Below, piece by piece: positions 1 to 13,234 of a stretch of DNA of 64,000 nt. The position numbers and the translations under genes are program-made. A model generated the notes under the pieces. That model was given only the letters and a program-made list of their open reading frames with translations. It made no database searches and was not told the origin of the DNA. The DNA lies in the NCBI GenBank assembly GCA_000388065.2, contig KB932201.1; one strand, 5' to 3'. Each line of letters opens with the position of its first letter. Position 1 is the first letter of the stretch. Source of the DNA: Fonticula alba ATCC 38817 (lineage: Eukaryota > Protista > Nucleariida).

Positions 1-230
1 CCCCCCCCCCCCCGCCCCCCCCCCTCCTCCCTCCCCTCCCCCCCCCCCCCGCCCCCCCCGCCCCCCCCCCCCCGGGGTGGGGGGGCCCGGGGGGGGGGGG
101 CCCCTTTTTCCCCCCCGGTTTTTCCCCCCCCCCCCCCCCCGGCCCCCCGGGGGGGGGGGGCCGCCCCCCCGTTTCCCCCCCCCCTCCCCCCCCCCCCCCC
201 CCGCCGCCCCCCTGCCCCTCCCACACACAC
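1..230. repeat. Poly-C/poly-G low-complexity tract, probably poor-quality sequence
   Basis: Almost pure C runs with short G runs and no periodic unit. Confidence 0.8.
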
Positions 231-658
231 CGAGGCGAGGCTGGCCGCATTCAGGTCCCAGGGGCGGGGGCGCATGTGCGTCCCCCTGCGTGCAAGGGCC
301 CGCGTGCGCGGCACCCGGGCCCGGCGGTTCGCGCTTCCGCGAGGGCGCACGGCAGCTCCCCATGGTGTGTCGCCCCCTGAGGAGAAGGGTACACCCGTGT
401 GGTGTGGCGCCGGCCCCGCGCGGGGCCAGGGCGAAGGAGTGACCTTGGGTCTCGGGGGGTGCCCCCCCCCCCCCCCCCGCCCCCATCCCCGGCCTTTGTC
501 GGTGGCGAGTACACCCGCGCGTGCTGGTGCCACGGAGGAGGGGTGTGTGTGTTTGTGGGATACTCAAAGCTAAGTGGTGGCGAATCTCTCCGGGGCGGAG
601 ACTTCTCTCTCTCTGCTTCTGGTGATTTTTTCTCATTTCCCCAAGAGCACTAACAAAG

Positions 659-2706
659 ATGTCCGACGCTCCGTTCGTCAAGGTCCGTTTGCCCGTGTCT
701 CCGCCTTGCCTTCCCCCCCCTCCTTCCCTGCTTTTCCTCGCGCGCCGCCTTCTGCCCTCTGCGCCTGCCCCCTCCCCCCCTCCTGTTCCCCCCCCCTGCT
801 CCCCCTCCTTCCTCTTCTCCTTGTCTGCTCTTCCTCCCCCCCTTTGGCGTGCGAGGCGTCCCGGTGGGCGCGCGCGTGACACTCCCTCTCGGGCGCGGTG
901 GCGCCGGCTTCCGGACCGCGTGCTTTCCCTCCTTGGCTCTGTGCATTTGCGCCTGCTCGCACTTGCTCCCGTGCCCGATGTTGTGCCCGCGCGCCTGCGC
1001 CGCCCCCCATTTTCCTTGCTCCTTTGTGTCACTGTCAGCGCGCATCCATGCGTGTATGTGTGTCCGTGTGTCCTTGCGCACTCCTCCCTCCCCCTGTGGA
1101 TTCTCCTTTCCCCTTCTCTCTCCCTCTCTCTCGTTGGACCGGTCGACCTCTTCCCCGCGCTGGGGAAACCCTTCGCGTTGGAATGACACGCGTCCATCTG
1201 TACTTCGTTTGAGTAGGCCCCGGAAGGAGGAGCGGGTCGGGTGTGCACATACACACACACACTCATATGCGCGCATGTCTGCGTGTCTGCCAAGACGCAT
1301 CTCTTCCTATTCCCCCCTCTCCCCTCCTCTCTTGTGTTCAGTCCTGTCGCGATTTGAGGTGTCCCATGCCGGTCAGGCTTCCCTCCGTCCCGTTGGTCGC
1401 GCCAAATCAAGTCGTCTGCATGCACACTGTGAAGAAGGGCCTGTCCTGTGTTTCGGCACATTTCGGCCTCGCATCCCTGTTTCCCCTCTCCGTCATTTGA
1501 TGCTGTCTTTCAGTATCTGGCGCGCTCTGCGCTGGTCCTTTCATGGGGGAAACAGGATGTGCATTCTCACTTGCTGCATGCTGTCCTTGATTTTGCCTCG
1601 TGTGCGACCTGGTTCGCGAGGGGCGTCCGACTGGCTGGGTTTTCCTGTCACGCAGGCGTACACACATATCCCCCTCGCCATCGTGGCGAAGCGCGCCCTT
1701 CCCCCACTCTCTCCCTTCCCTGGTCGTCGCCATCTTGCTGACTTTCCCCCTCCCCTCCTCCCTTCCATGCCCCCTCTTCCACACAGGTTGCGACCATCGA
1801 CGCTAAGGGCCACCTCCTTGGCCGTCTTGGTTCGGTCATCGCTAAGCAGCTCCTCCAGGGTCAGAAGATCGTGGTCGTCCGCTGCGAGGAGGCCGTTGTC
1901 ACTGGCTCTCTCCCCCGCAACCGTCTCAAGTACGCCCGCTACCTGGACAAGCGCATGCAGACCAACCCCATCCGTGGTCACATCCACTACCGCTCTCCTT
2001 CCAAGATGCTCGTGAAGGTCATCCGCGGTATGCTTCCCCACAAGACCCCCCGTGGTGCTGTACGTCTTCCCTCTCCTTGCTTGCATTTTCTGGTGTCCCT
2101 CTCCCTCTCCCTCTCCGGGTCCGTCTTGCGTTCCTTCCTCTGACGCATTCCCTCCGTCTCCCTTTGTCTCCCTCTCCGTCCCTCGCACGCAGGCTGCCCT
2201 TGACCGCCTGATGGTCTTCGAGGGTATCCCCCCCGCCTACGACCGCACCAAGCGCGTTGTTGTCCCCGACGCCCTCGCCAAGCTCCGCCTGCGCCCGGAC
2301 CGCAAGACCACCAACCTCGGTGAGCTCGCCTCCAAGGTGTGTTCATCTCCTCCCTCGCTTTCTTTTCGTCTCCCTCCCCGCCGTCGGTCGTGTGTGCACC
2401 ACCGCACCCCGGCCGCGGCGGCCCCCTCCCCCCTTCCTCAGTTGCTGACCCCGCCTCTCCCTCTCTCCTCCTCTCGCTGTGTTTGCTTCCCCTCTCCTCT
2501 TCTTCCTTGTGCCCCTGGTACCTCTGCCGCAGGTCGGCTGGAAGTACGGTGCCGTCGTCTCCGTCCTCGAGGAGAAGCGCAAGGCCCGCTCTGAGGCTTA
2601 CTTCAAGGCCAAGCAGTCCATCATCGCCGCCAAGGCCAAGGCCGTTGCCGCCAACGCCGACGCCATCAAGCAGCACACCGAGTACCTCGCCTCTGTTGGC
2701 TACTAA
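659..2706 (+). CDS. RPL13A: 60S ribosomal protein uL13 (L13a/L16), 4 exons, ~204 aa
   Basis: Exons 659-682, 1787-2059, 2193-2336, 2533-2706, all GT-AG and in frame. Protein MSDAPFVK|[34 protein letters not shown]...HKTPRGA|[25 protein letters not shown]...|VGWKY...LASVGY matches the uL13 family. Confidence 0.97.
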
Positions 2707-5700
2707 ATACTCCGGCGTCCCCTGCGCTCGCTCGCTCGCGCCCTGGGCAGTGTGTTCTTGGCATCAAGCCTCTTTCCACCTCCCTGTTTTGAACTTGTGT
2801 CAGCCCACTCCCCGCGTGTGCTTTCTCCCCCCAAGAAATATACGCCCGGCTAAGGAAATACAGTGTCCCGCGCGCGACTCCTCTCCCCCCCCCACCAATT
2901 GTGCCCGTTGTGTTTCTCTTTTTTTCCCTCGTCTCTCCCTCCTGTTCCTCGGCGGCCACATCTTCGTCCCTCTTCCACTTGCTCTCGTTTGGCTCTCTCT
3001 GTGTGGCGGCCTTGAGGGGAGAGAGACCAGCGAGCGCCGCGGGAGAGAGAGAGAGGGAGAGGGAGAGAAGGCCCTCTCTTCTCTCGTTTTTGGTCGTCTT
3101 CGCCGGCTGTTGCTCGGTCCTCGCTCCCGGGGAGAGGGCCGCGGGGCAGGGAAAGGGCCCACATGCGTGTGGGGCCCCTGCGCGCGCCCTGTGCCTGGTT
3201 TCTCCCTGCGTACGTGTGTGGGGGGCCGGGGAGGGGCGGGGGCAGCGACAGGTGCAGACGGGCGAGGGAGGGGCAGGCGCAGGCGGGCGGGAGGGGGAGC
3301 TGCTCGTGTTCATCTCCCACGAGCCAGTCTATATTGGGGGGGGTCCCCCATTCGGCCCGGTTACCCCGCCGGGCCCGTCCCCGCGCCGAGGTTTTCCCCT
3401 CCCGGCTGGAGGCGACCGGGGCCGGAGTCGTTTGACCCTCGTGTAGGGTGGTTTCCATTTCCAGAGGCAGCTCCGACTGGAGCGGCCGCCGCCCCCCCCC
3501 CCCACCTCTCCCAGTTCGGTACCGGGGCGTAGCACGCCCTTCCTCCATCGGCGGGTTCCCCTCTCGCGGTTTACCATCCTCTTGGCGGGCATTGTGCCGG
3601 GGACCGAGCCGGTCCCAGAGCCATGTGCTGTGCCCGAGGGTAGGCGCCACATGGCTCGGCACTCGGGAGGTGGCGTCCCCGTCATTCTGCTGCAGCCGGG
3701 AGCTCCGCCGACAGTGTAGGACCACAGCGAGGGGAGAGGCAGCCTCCGGAAGGGAAGGGCTTTTTCCGGCTGTGTTGGCCAGACCCTCCGAAGGACTCTC
3801 CCCGTCTTCCGCCAGGAGAGAGAAAGAGAGAGGGAGAGAAAGACATTGAGAAAGCAAATGAGAGAAGGGGAGAGCACCGCGTCCGCCAGAGGCCCGGTCC
3901 CTGCCGAGGCTTTGGCGTGCACTCGCGGAACATCCCGCCGCTTGGGGCGGGGACGTTTTTTGCTGGCCAACCGCGCGGGGGCGCGGAATTCCAGATCACA
4001 CGACCTCCCCGTAATATGAATGACATTCCGGTAATTAACCGCCACCGTGATCCCAAGTCCACGGGTCGATTATTAAATTTCACACCCGACTCGCTGGCTC
4101 TCGCCTTTGCAGGTGCTGGGGGGGGGGGAGGGGAGGGGGTGGCCGCGGCAACCAGCACAACACGGCCCGGGGCCGAGCCCGTCGAAGGGGATCGAGGAAA
4201 CAACAGGCTCCATGTATCCAGATGCTCCGTGGTTTTCCTTCCTGCCCCCGGAACTCCGGTCGGGAATGTGCCACCGTCTCCCTCGGGCCAGATCGGCAGC
4301 GGCCTGCCATGGACCGTGCTGTATGTTCTCCTCGCGGTGGTGGGCGGACGGAGGGCGGGGGGGGGGGCGTGCGCCTGGCGCAGCCCGGGGTGGCCTGAGT
4401 CGGAAGCATGCCCGTCGATGTCTTGCGGACTTTGGGCGGGGAATAGCACACAACGAAAGCCAGGCGGCCGGGTCATTCTTCACGTGAATAGCACCGGGTA
4501 AGCTCCGGCCGGGAGGGGTCGTCAGCGACGCCCGTGCTGCGCCCTTCCTTCGCGCTTTTCGTGTCGCCCGGAGGGCGGGGCGACGCGAGCATGTCGCCCT
4601 CGCCACCCCCTGGGGGGGAGGGGGGGTGGGGGGGGGCGAAGGAGGAGATGCTCGACATACCACACATCATCCACGATGCAGTTGGCGCCTGGCCGCATGG
4701 GTGTTCCCCTGACCGGGAGCCGGGGGCTCTGGGATTCCCCGTTCGCAGATGCACTGGCACACGAGTATATGCTGCTTCCGGGCCACCAGCCGGGAGGCGA
4801 CCCACGGCCCGTCGGTTAAATGTACCAAATATTGCTGGCAAGACTCCCCAGGGGGGCGTCATCGCCGGGATGCCCGCCTTCGTGTGAAGCCCATCCCCGA
4901 CTGGTCGCCCCTCGGGGGGGGGGGGGAGCCTCACATCAGCCACTCAGCGAGAGCTTAACAAGTGGCCGGGAGGGTAGGGCACGAAAGTGCAGCGACACCG
5001 AGGCCAGCCCTGGCGGATGCGAGGTGGATGCCGTCCCCCGCCCTCCATTCCTCTGATATGTTCATATTCGCGCCCTCTCGCCCAGCGTCATCCTGCGTCT
5101 GGTCGCTCGCGCACTCGGCTCGGCGGGTTGGGGGGGGGGGGGGGCCGGGGAGGGGTTACCGTTTTCTGCGCATTCGCCGAGGGAGTCTTGCTCCGCCTCA
5201 CCGGCATGCGGCCTGCGCATGCCCTGGGCCGCGGCATGCCCGGATTCAGCTGCGTCCCGGTCCTGGCCGATTGCTCCGGCTGACCGCCGCGCGGGGACAA
5301 GGCAACCCACCGGGGGGGGAGGGGGAGGGGGGGGGGGGGCCAATGAGGCGACCGAGAGTGCCGTAGCCCTCCGGAGCAGCGTCCAACCCTCTCGCGACCG
5401 CCTCCCGAACGAGGACCCACCTGTCTACGGCTGCTCAGCCGGGGGATCGGCCCGACGCGCCTGACGTACCCACTCGTTTTTCACGCCACTGCGGGGCTCC
5501 GTCTCCGGGTCCCCACCGCAGGTGAGAGGGACAGGCCTGCACCCGGAGCAGGTCTTCCGCCCCCCTCCCCCCCCCCCACTCCAAGGTTTCGCTCCTCGTC
5601 CTGGTCCCGGGCCCGGGAGGGCTTCGGGGCTGCCCGTCTCTTCTCGAGAGATGGCGCCCTGCGATCCGGCGGGCTTCCCCGGGGCGGCAAAGCTGGATGC

Positions 5701-5841
5701 ACGCCTCTGCGCTCGCCCCCTCCCCCCTTCCCTTCCTCCACCTTTCGCGCAGCCTCCTCCTCCCACCCATCGCCGCTCCCTCTCCCTTCCCCCCCCAACC
5801 ACCCATCCCCACCCCAGCTCGTCCCGGCCCCCTCCAAAGCC

Positions 5842-7569
5842 ATGCCACTGGCCGCGATCCTCTTCGCCTTTGAGCTGATCCTGTATGCGGTGACCGCGGC
5901 GCTGGTCATCGCATTGACCATCATCTCGGCTGTCGGGCTACTGGCCTCGCTTCTGATCAAGCCGCCGCACTATGCCCATCGGAAACCCCACCAGGGCCTT
6001 GCCCCCAAAGGCCAGCCTCCCTTCGATGAGGATGCATGGCTCCCATACGAGGGCACCCCCAAGTCGGACTTTGGGCTGGACTTTGTGGAGGTGGAATTCC
6101 CGGCCACGCCCCTGGTGCCGGAGTCCCGCCAGGGCCCGGTGCGCATCGGCAACGACATTTTCCCCGTCATCGAGCGATACGACGCGTCCGGCTCTCCAGT
6201 CCAGACCAATCAGGCGTCATTTACCCTGGGCAAGACCCCGGTGTCCAAGATGCCTGGGCGCCGGGTGCGCACCGAGGTTGTGCCGACCCTGCGCGGCTGG
6301 CTCATCAAGGGCCGCCAGGGCGTCTGGTGCGTGTCCCGCGCTTCTGTCCATCCTCCCTCCCTCCCTCCCCCCTCTCTCTTCCTCTCTCTTCCTCTCTCTT
6401 CCTCTTCATCCCTTTCGTCGATAGTGCGTCTGACATGCCATACTCGGCACATTTCAATGGACCTCGATACCAGGCCCGACCAGCGTGGTGTGGTTTGCGT
6501 GCACGGTGGCGGCCGCGACCGCCGAGAGTTCCACCGTATGCTGCCCTTCCTGCATGAGGCCGGCTATTCGGTCTTGTTGTTTGATCTGCGCGAGCATGGC
6601 ATCAGTGACGGCACCGGGCGCGGCCTCGACTGGGGCCGAGAGATGGTCTTCGATGTGGATGGCGCCGTCAATTTTGTCAAGAGCCCGCTTGTCGGGTGGG
6701 ACTACGTGGCCCTGGCTGGGACCAGCAACGGCGCTGCCCTGGCTGGCCTGGCCTGCGGGCTTGAAGATGGCGCCATGTGGCGGTGTGTACCGATCTTCGC
6801 TCACCTGCCCTTTCCCCCCTTTCCTGCTTTGTTGTGCTGACACCTGACGTTGGCATTTACGGTGCCTCGCTTTCTCTCCTCCTTTTCCTCCCCCCCCCCC
6901 CCCTCTGCTCCCTTCCCCTTTCAGTGCGGTCGCTCGGCCTCGGCCACTGATCGATGCGCTGATCTTGGACTCGACGTACACTCGGCCGCGTGATGGCATG
7001 CGTGCGATCATGGAGACCGCCCTCGGGGAGTTCCCCTTCCCCTGGATCATGTCCAAGATCACCCCCTGGCTGATTCCGCTCGTGGTGGCCACCTGCCGGT
7101 CGCGCCTGCGCCTGGGCCAGCTTCATCGTACGCATGGCTACATGTTCTTCCGGATCTCCCTCCTCATTCAGCCCCGATCGCTTACTCCTCCTTGTCCTGC
7201 TCCCACAACGGCTGCCACCACCGCCGTCGCCGCCGTCATCACGGCCACGGCTGCTGCTGTTGCCGCCCTCCTTCCCCTCCCTCTGTGGCCCCAGGCAAGC
7301 TGCGCAAGCTTACCTCTGTGGGTTTGGTCGACGTTCTCCCTTACACCCGGCCCCGGCCGACACTCATCATCCACGGCACCGCCGATCGGCGTTTCCCGGT
7401 CCTGCATGCGCATGACATCTTCAACGCGATCCCGGCCAACCACCACCGCAAGAGCCTGCTCATCATTGAGGGCGGCCGCCATGCGGAGACCTTCAACGTC
7501 GATAGCGCATCCTACCAGCGCAAGTTCCTTCAGACTCTGGCGCTGATGGGCGGCACCAAGAGCCGGTGA
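5842..7569 (+). CDS. Alpha/beta-hydrolase (ABHD/Hydrolase_4-like) with N-terminal transmembrane anchor, 4 exons
   Basis: Exons 5842-6326, 6474-6782, 6925-7127, 7295-7569. Hydrophobic N-terminus, VCVHGG oxyanion motif, FDLREHGISDG, nucleophile elbow GTSNG, acid in IIHGTAD, His in GGRH. Confidence 0.85.
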
Positions 7570-8117
7570 GAAGTTCATGCCCACAAGCCTGCATGCGGCC
7601 ACGTACCCGCCCCCGCCTGTCACACGTGTCCCCCTCCCCCTTCCTTGAGTCTCTCCCCCCCCCCCCCTCTCTCTCTCTCTCCCTCCTCCTGGCAGCTATC
7701 TTGCACTTAGCCATAGCGCCGAGGGGTGCCCTTGTTCCTTGCCTTTCCTCCTCTCTCTCTCTCTCTCTCATGCTTGTGCGTGTTGTTTTCTTCCCAGCGC
7801 ATTTGGCAGTCCCAGCGAACGGCATGCCCTTCAAAATAGAGTATCTTCCCCTCCCCTCGGATACGCGCACGACACGATCTGCAATAACAGTACGATAGCG
7901 GATGGCGAGCAGTACATTGGCACATGGCCGGGACCGGAACCTAAATACAGGAGAAAGCAACCCTCCCGGACAGATCTACCGAAGAGGTGGCTCCTGCTGC
8001 CTGGAGGAGGGAAAGGGCTGACGGGGGACGGCGGGAGGAGAGATGCCCATGATTCCCCCCACTCGAACAGGGCTCCTTGGCGGGAAGGGAGTGGGCGGGA
8101 CGAGGGGGGGGGGGGAC

Positions 8118-8126
<9 letters not shown>

Positions 8127-8183
<57 letters not shown>
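8127..8183. repeat. (GA)n microsatellite
   Basis: Uninterrupted GA dinucleotide run. Confidence 0.95.
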
Positions 8184-8185
<2 letters not shown>

Positions 8186-8707
8186 GGCTCTTGCCCCGCC
8201 GCCTGACAATGGACTGGATGACCCGACCCCGGCTGGCGGGGAAGCCAGGTGCGTGTCCCCCCCCTCGCCGCCCCGCCCCCGGAATAAGGCCGCCTTGGAT
8301 GCGGGGGCGGTTGATTGGGGCTACTTTTCCCCCAGGGGGGGCTTTTTCATCAGGTGCGTTGATTTCCTCGCCTCGGGAATTGGAGATAACCAAGCATTCG
8401 GCTCAGAGTCCTCTCCCCCCCCCCCCCTCACCCTGTTCCCTGTTGCTTTTGCCACTGTAAGCCCATCGCTCCTCCCTCCTCGCCCCCCTTCCCCCCATCT
8501 TTTCCTTTCTGTCCTTCTCCCCCTTCTGTTCCGCCTTCGGCCCGCCTTCTCTCTATTTCTCCGCCCTCCAAATCCCCCTTCCCCCCCTGCCATACCGGGG
8601 GCGTCCCTGGTTGCCATTCCTTGCTCGTGAGGTCCCTTCCTCCTTCCCCATCTTAACCTCTCGTCACCGCTGTCTCCCTCGTTGCTGCCCTTGGCGCCAT
8701 TGCGCAG

Positions 8708-9360
8708 ATGCTCGCCATCTCTCGTTCCCTGACCCGCCTGGCCCCGGCTATGGGCGTTGTCCGCCGCGGTCTTGCCACCAACGCCGTTGCCACGGTCACC
8801 CCCACCCCGACCGAGGTCACTGGCACTGACACCTGGAGCCCGAACCAGGTATGTGCCCCCTCAACACTCCGGCGCCTTCCTCTCTCTCTCGGAGCCGCCC
8901 CCACCCCCCCCTTTTTTTTTTCCAGATCCGCTTCGAAGTGTCTAATTCCCCTCCCTCCCCCTGCTCCCTCTTCCAAACACACAGGCTAGCCGTGTGGGCT
9001 CCATGACTGGTCCTCGTTTCCTTGATGTCGACCTCAGCCTCCAGGTTCGCCTCTCAATGCACTTGCGCCCTTGCCACCACCACGTTTGGGACCTTCTTGT
9101 TTGACACCCCAAAATCCGAACTCCCTCCCTCCCTCGGCGACACCCGCCTTCTTTGCATTTCCATGCATTTGTAGCCGATGCCCAAGCCCGCCATCGACCT
9201 GATTGCCGAGCAGCCGGTCATCGAGGTTGCTGGTCGCGTCGCCTCCTGCGACGGCGGCCACCCTGCCCTTGGCCACCCCACCGTCTACATCAACCTTGAC
9301 GACCCCTCGGCTCCGCACTCCTGCGGCTACTGTGGCCTCCGCTTCCGCCAGGCCAAGTAG
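8708..9360 (+). CDS. NDUFS6: Complex I subunit NDUFS6/NUMM (zf-CHCC), 3 exons, ~128 aa
   Basis: Exons 8708-8848, 8985-9044, 9175-9360. Arg/Ala-rich presequence, GPRF motif, [18 protein letters not shown]...CGYCGLRF zinc-finger signature. Confidence 0.95.
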
Positions 9361-10423
9361 ATTCCCCACTCCCGGGAGCGTTGAGCGCACCATTGCCCCT
9401 CCCTCCCCCCTCTCTCAGGTGCTTTGCTGTGCCTTCCCCCCCCCCCCCCCTGAGAGGGGTCCCTCCCGACTCTCCCCCTCCCTTCCTGGTTACCGCTCCG
9501 CCCCCTCCGCCTCTTCCCCCTCACAGGCCGAAGCACCACATGTTCCTTTGTTGATTGCGTTCTCGCGCCGCTACACTTGCCTCGAAACAAGTGCAGATCC
9601 CTCCCCTTCCCTCTTCCTCCCCCTTGTAAATATGATTTCAGTTCACACCCTGTCGGCTGGCGGTGTGCGCCCGTACGCGCTCGCCACGTCCGTGTAGGAA
9701 CAATAAAGAAAGACGCACCGTGTCCACGGGAGATGGCTTTCATGTGGTCGTGAACTCGACCCCCCCCCCCCCCCTGCGGCTCAGGGACGGAGGGCGGGGC
9801 CGGCAGGCCAGAGGGATACCTTTTTTTTCTCACTTTGGAGGTGGTTTGTATATTGGCCCCGAGAGAGGGATGACGGGGGACACGTGCAGTATTTCGAAGT
9901 GAACTTGATGCAGCTCTTCTCACGCAAGAGGGTCTTTTGCCGCAGTGTGCGGCCGAAGAAAGGGAGGATGGACATCATTGGGCGGCGGCATTCTACCTGA
10001 GGGCGGAACATCTTCCTTCTTTCGCTCGCTCGCTCTCTATCTCTTCCGGTGTCTCTGCTTCGCTTTCCGCGGCTTCTTCCTTCGCGCACTGTATCCCGCC
10101 ATGTTTGACATGCTTTCGCGGTCCTTCTCTTGAAAGGAGGGATATGCGGGGGAGGGGAGATGGGCGCGTGGCACCATTCACTGAGGACCTGCCTCTCGTG
10201 CCGGGGGTGCTTGTGCCTCCGCCAAAGGAAGGAAGACAATGGTGTGGAGGAGGCAAGAGAGGGAGAAGAGAGAGAGAGAGGGGAGGGGAGGGGGGGGGGG
10301 GGGGGGGGCAGCGAAATGCGGTCATCCACCGAGGCACCGTGTGCCCGGAGGAGCGACGGGGAAGAGAGGCCAGTAGGCCTCCAACAACAGAGACTGGCCA
10401 CACAGCGAGCTGGATTGTCCCAT

Positions 10424-11768
10424 TTACACCTGGGAGGCGGCGGCGGACTTGGCAGCCGAAGCGATGGCAGCCTGGCCAGCCTCAGACTCGACCACCTCGC
10501 GACCAGCACGAGCCATGGTGACGCCCTTCCGGCGATAGTGCAGGATGACCTGGAGGCGAGAAGTAAGAGGTGGAGGCGGGGTCAGCAGGGTGGAGGACAC
10601 AGGCCTTGTAGGGCAAAATGAGAATGGCAGGAAGAGATGGGCGATGAGCATGTCCCTCCACATGTCGACAAACGCACGTCCTTGATCTGCCAGACAAGGA
10701 AGAGGCAGAGCAAAACCCAGAAGCCAGCGGCGATCAGCATGATGATAGAAGCGACGAGGTTCTTGCTCAGGACGCCGAGAGCATTAATAAAGCCACTGCA
10801 TATGTGTGTGTGTGTGTGTGTGTCAGTAGAGGCGGGCGCGGGAGAATATTTGGGGGCTTGTTTCATGCACCCGGGGTGGTGGTAGTGGTGGGGATGGTAA
10901 ACACGCACGATGAGCCGGTGTTCGGAATGCCAATGGCAAGAATGATGGCCGTCAAGATGTGGAAGGAGTAGGTGAAGATGAAGACGAAGTAGAGGATTGA
11001 CTTGTTCTTGCTGCGATTGCCGGCCGAAAGAGGCCATAGATCCACGTGGGGAGGAAGGAGGGTCAGAAATGTGCCTCGCATCGCCGATTGTTTAGGGGAT
11101 ATCCTCGGGGGCTTTTTTTTTTGGCCTTCAACACGCACCGGACGGCCTTGTAGAAGGGGCGATACCAAAAGACGAAGGAGACAACCGGCAGAATGATACA
11201 AAGAACGAGAGAGATACCGAAATCAACGCCACTGCGAGGGGGGGGGGGGGAAGGAGGACGAGGTTAGAGCGGGCCGAGTGGCGGTTGGAAAAGAAAGGGA
11301 AACGGCAGGACGAGCGTCCGAAGGTCATACCCGCCGGAGTTGGAAGCCAGGCGGGCAAGACAGCCGACAACATTCAGCAGGAGAACCGCGCAGGTTACTG
11401 TCCCCGCCCATGTTATGGTAAAATCGGCACACACGGAGACACACGCAGGCGCGCGGACGTGCGCGTGCAGGTGGATGTACACATGGATGCACAGCGATGG
11501 CCATACGGAAGTCAGCAAGTGGCAAAGAGGGCAAGGTATGGCCGAAGCAGACAAGGATAGCCTCACAGTCGATGGGGTAAGCACATACGCATCCAAGAAA
11601 AATAGACCCGCTTAACCAGGGTTCGGCCATCCTCCGGGATGTCAACCTGAATGTTGTGGTAGATGAGCGGCTTGAGGGGCCGAGGGGGCCAGTTGGGCTG
11701 GCGGTTGAGCTTTGGAGCGACCACCTGCTCAGCCTCGCCAAGCTGTGTGACAGATGCCCGCACGCGTG

Positions 11769-11803
<35 letters not shown>

Positions 11804-12457
11804 CGGAGAGAGGGAGAGAGCGTGCGCGTGCGAAGAAAAGCGACGCAGGTCCAGCCGAGTTAGGGGGTGGAGAGGGGGGACAAGGAGGGATGGCAAAAGA
11901 CGGCAATGGATGCGTGAATGTGCATGCGCCAAGGATGGAGCGGACAGGGAACTTACCTTGAGTGAGCGGTACTCGAGCTGATTCTCGCGACGCTGGAGAT
12001 CGCGCTCGCGCTCCTCAAGGCGGCGCTCACGTTCTTCAAGGCTGCCCATGGCCTACATAGGAGGAGGAGAGAGGGGGAGAAAGGGGAGGAAGGAGAGTGC
12101 TGTTAGAGGGTCCATCGGCATGGGGAGAGATTGAGGCATGCGTGGGGAATATGCAAACGCACCATGGAGTTGCCCCCGCCATAAGCGGAGGAGTCATTGT
12201 AATCGCTGTATTGCTGTGTCCATGAGTTGCCATTTTGAACGGCAGTGTGTATGTACGTGGTTGCGAGCGTAGGTCAGTGCCGGAATGGCCGGGAGGAGGG
12301 TGGGTTTTGTCGCTCGAACAGGCAGATGCCGGTGCCTTGTATTATGGGGGGGGGGGGGATGGGACGCGATCCGTGTGGCGGCACAAGTGTCATCTTGATT
12401 GGGCCGTACCTCTCCAGAGTCGCCATAGGCGGAGACATCGCGGAAGGGGTTTGACAT
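10424..12457 (-). CDS. SCAMP: Secretory carrier membrane protein (SCAMP), 9 exons, ~284 aa
   Basis: Exons (minus) 12457-12410, 12213-12163, 12052-11957, 11742-11589, 11397-11331, 11231-11139, 11010-10909, 10795-10678, 10549-10424, all phases consistent. N-terminal NPF, coiled coil LEERERRLEERERDL, NWPP motif, E-peptide FWYRPFYKAVR, four TM segments. Confidence 0.93.
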
Positions 12458-13031
12458 GGTTTTCGGGGTGGGGGGAGGGAGCGAGGGGAAGGGAGGGAGT
12501 ACTGTCCGGGTGAAAGCGGTCAGCAGGCGATCCTACCGTATGAGCTGAAGAAAGGGGGGGGGGAGGGCAGAGGGCACACACGATTTCCGGGAGAGAGGGG
12601 ACGCGCTGACTTCGTGAAATGGAGCAAAAGGCAGGGAGAGGGAGGAGACAGGAGGGAGGTGGAAGGCGCAGGATGGAGATCAGCACCAGAGGCCGTGAGG
12701 TGGTGCCCTGGCCGAAGAACGGGCCCCTCAGGCCGCATCTCGATGGTGTGGCCTCGAATGGTCACCAGGCCATGTTGTTGGGGATGGAAGATCGGGCACT
12801 TCCGGCGCCCCCTCGTATTCCCGTGCCCCCCCCGCCCTGCCAGCCACCGCTCCTGGCCGCCGGCCGACCCCGCCCCACTGGCTCCAGACCGCCCCATGCC
12901 CGAGTCTTGAAGTCGTGGAACACTGCCTGCAGGGGATCCTGGGACAAGTGGGACCGCGGACCAGCTGGTTAAACCAATTCAGGGGGAAGGCAAGCGGGGG
13001 CACTGCGCGGAAAATGGACTCTAGGCTCGGG

Positions 13032-13234
13032 NNNNNNNNNNNNNNNNNNNNNNNNNNNNNNNNNNNNNNNNNNNNNNNNNNNNNNNNNNNNNNNNNNNNN
13101 NNNNNNNNNNNNNNNNNNNNNNNNNNNNNNNNNNNNNNNNNNNNNNNNNNNNNNNNNNNNNNNNNNNNNNNNNNNNNNNNNNNNNNNNNNNNNNNNNNNN
13201 NNNNNNNNNNNNNNNNNNNNNNNNNNNNNNNNNN
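13032..13234. other. Assembly gap (other gaps: 23315-23382, 32859-33009, 34652-34661, 35995-36230, 42309-42333, 48853-48904, 55062-55071)
   Basis: Runs of N. Confidence 1.

Noticed and set aside
1213-1240. TAGGCCCCGGAAGGAGGAGCGG resembling SRP RNA helix 8
   Set aside because: The spacing around the GGAA loop is 4/5 nt rather than the invariant 3/3, and the AGCA motif is absent.
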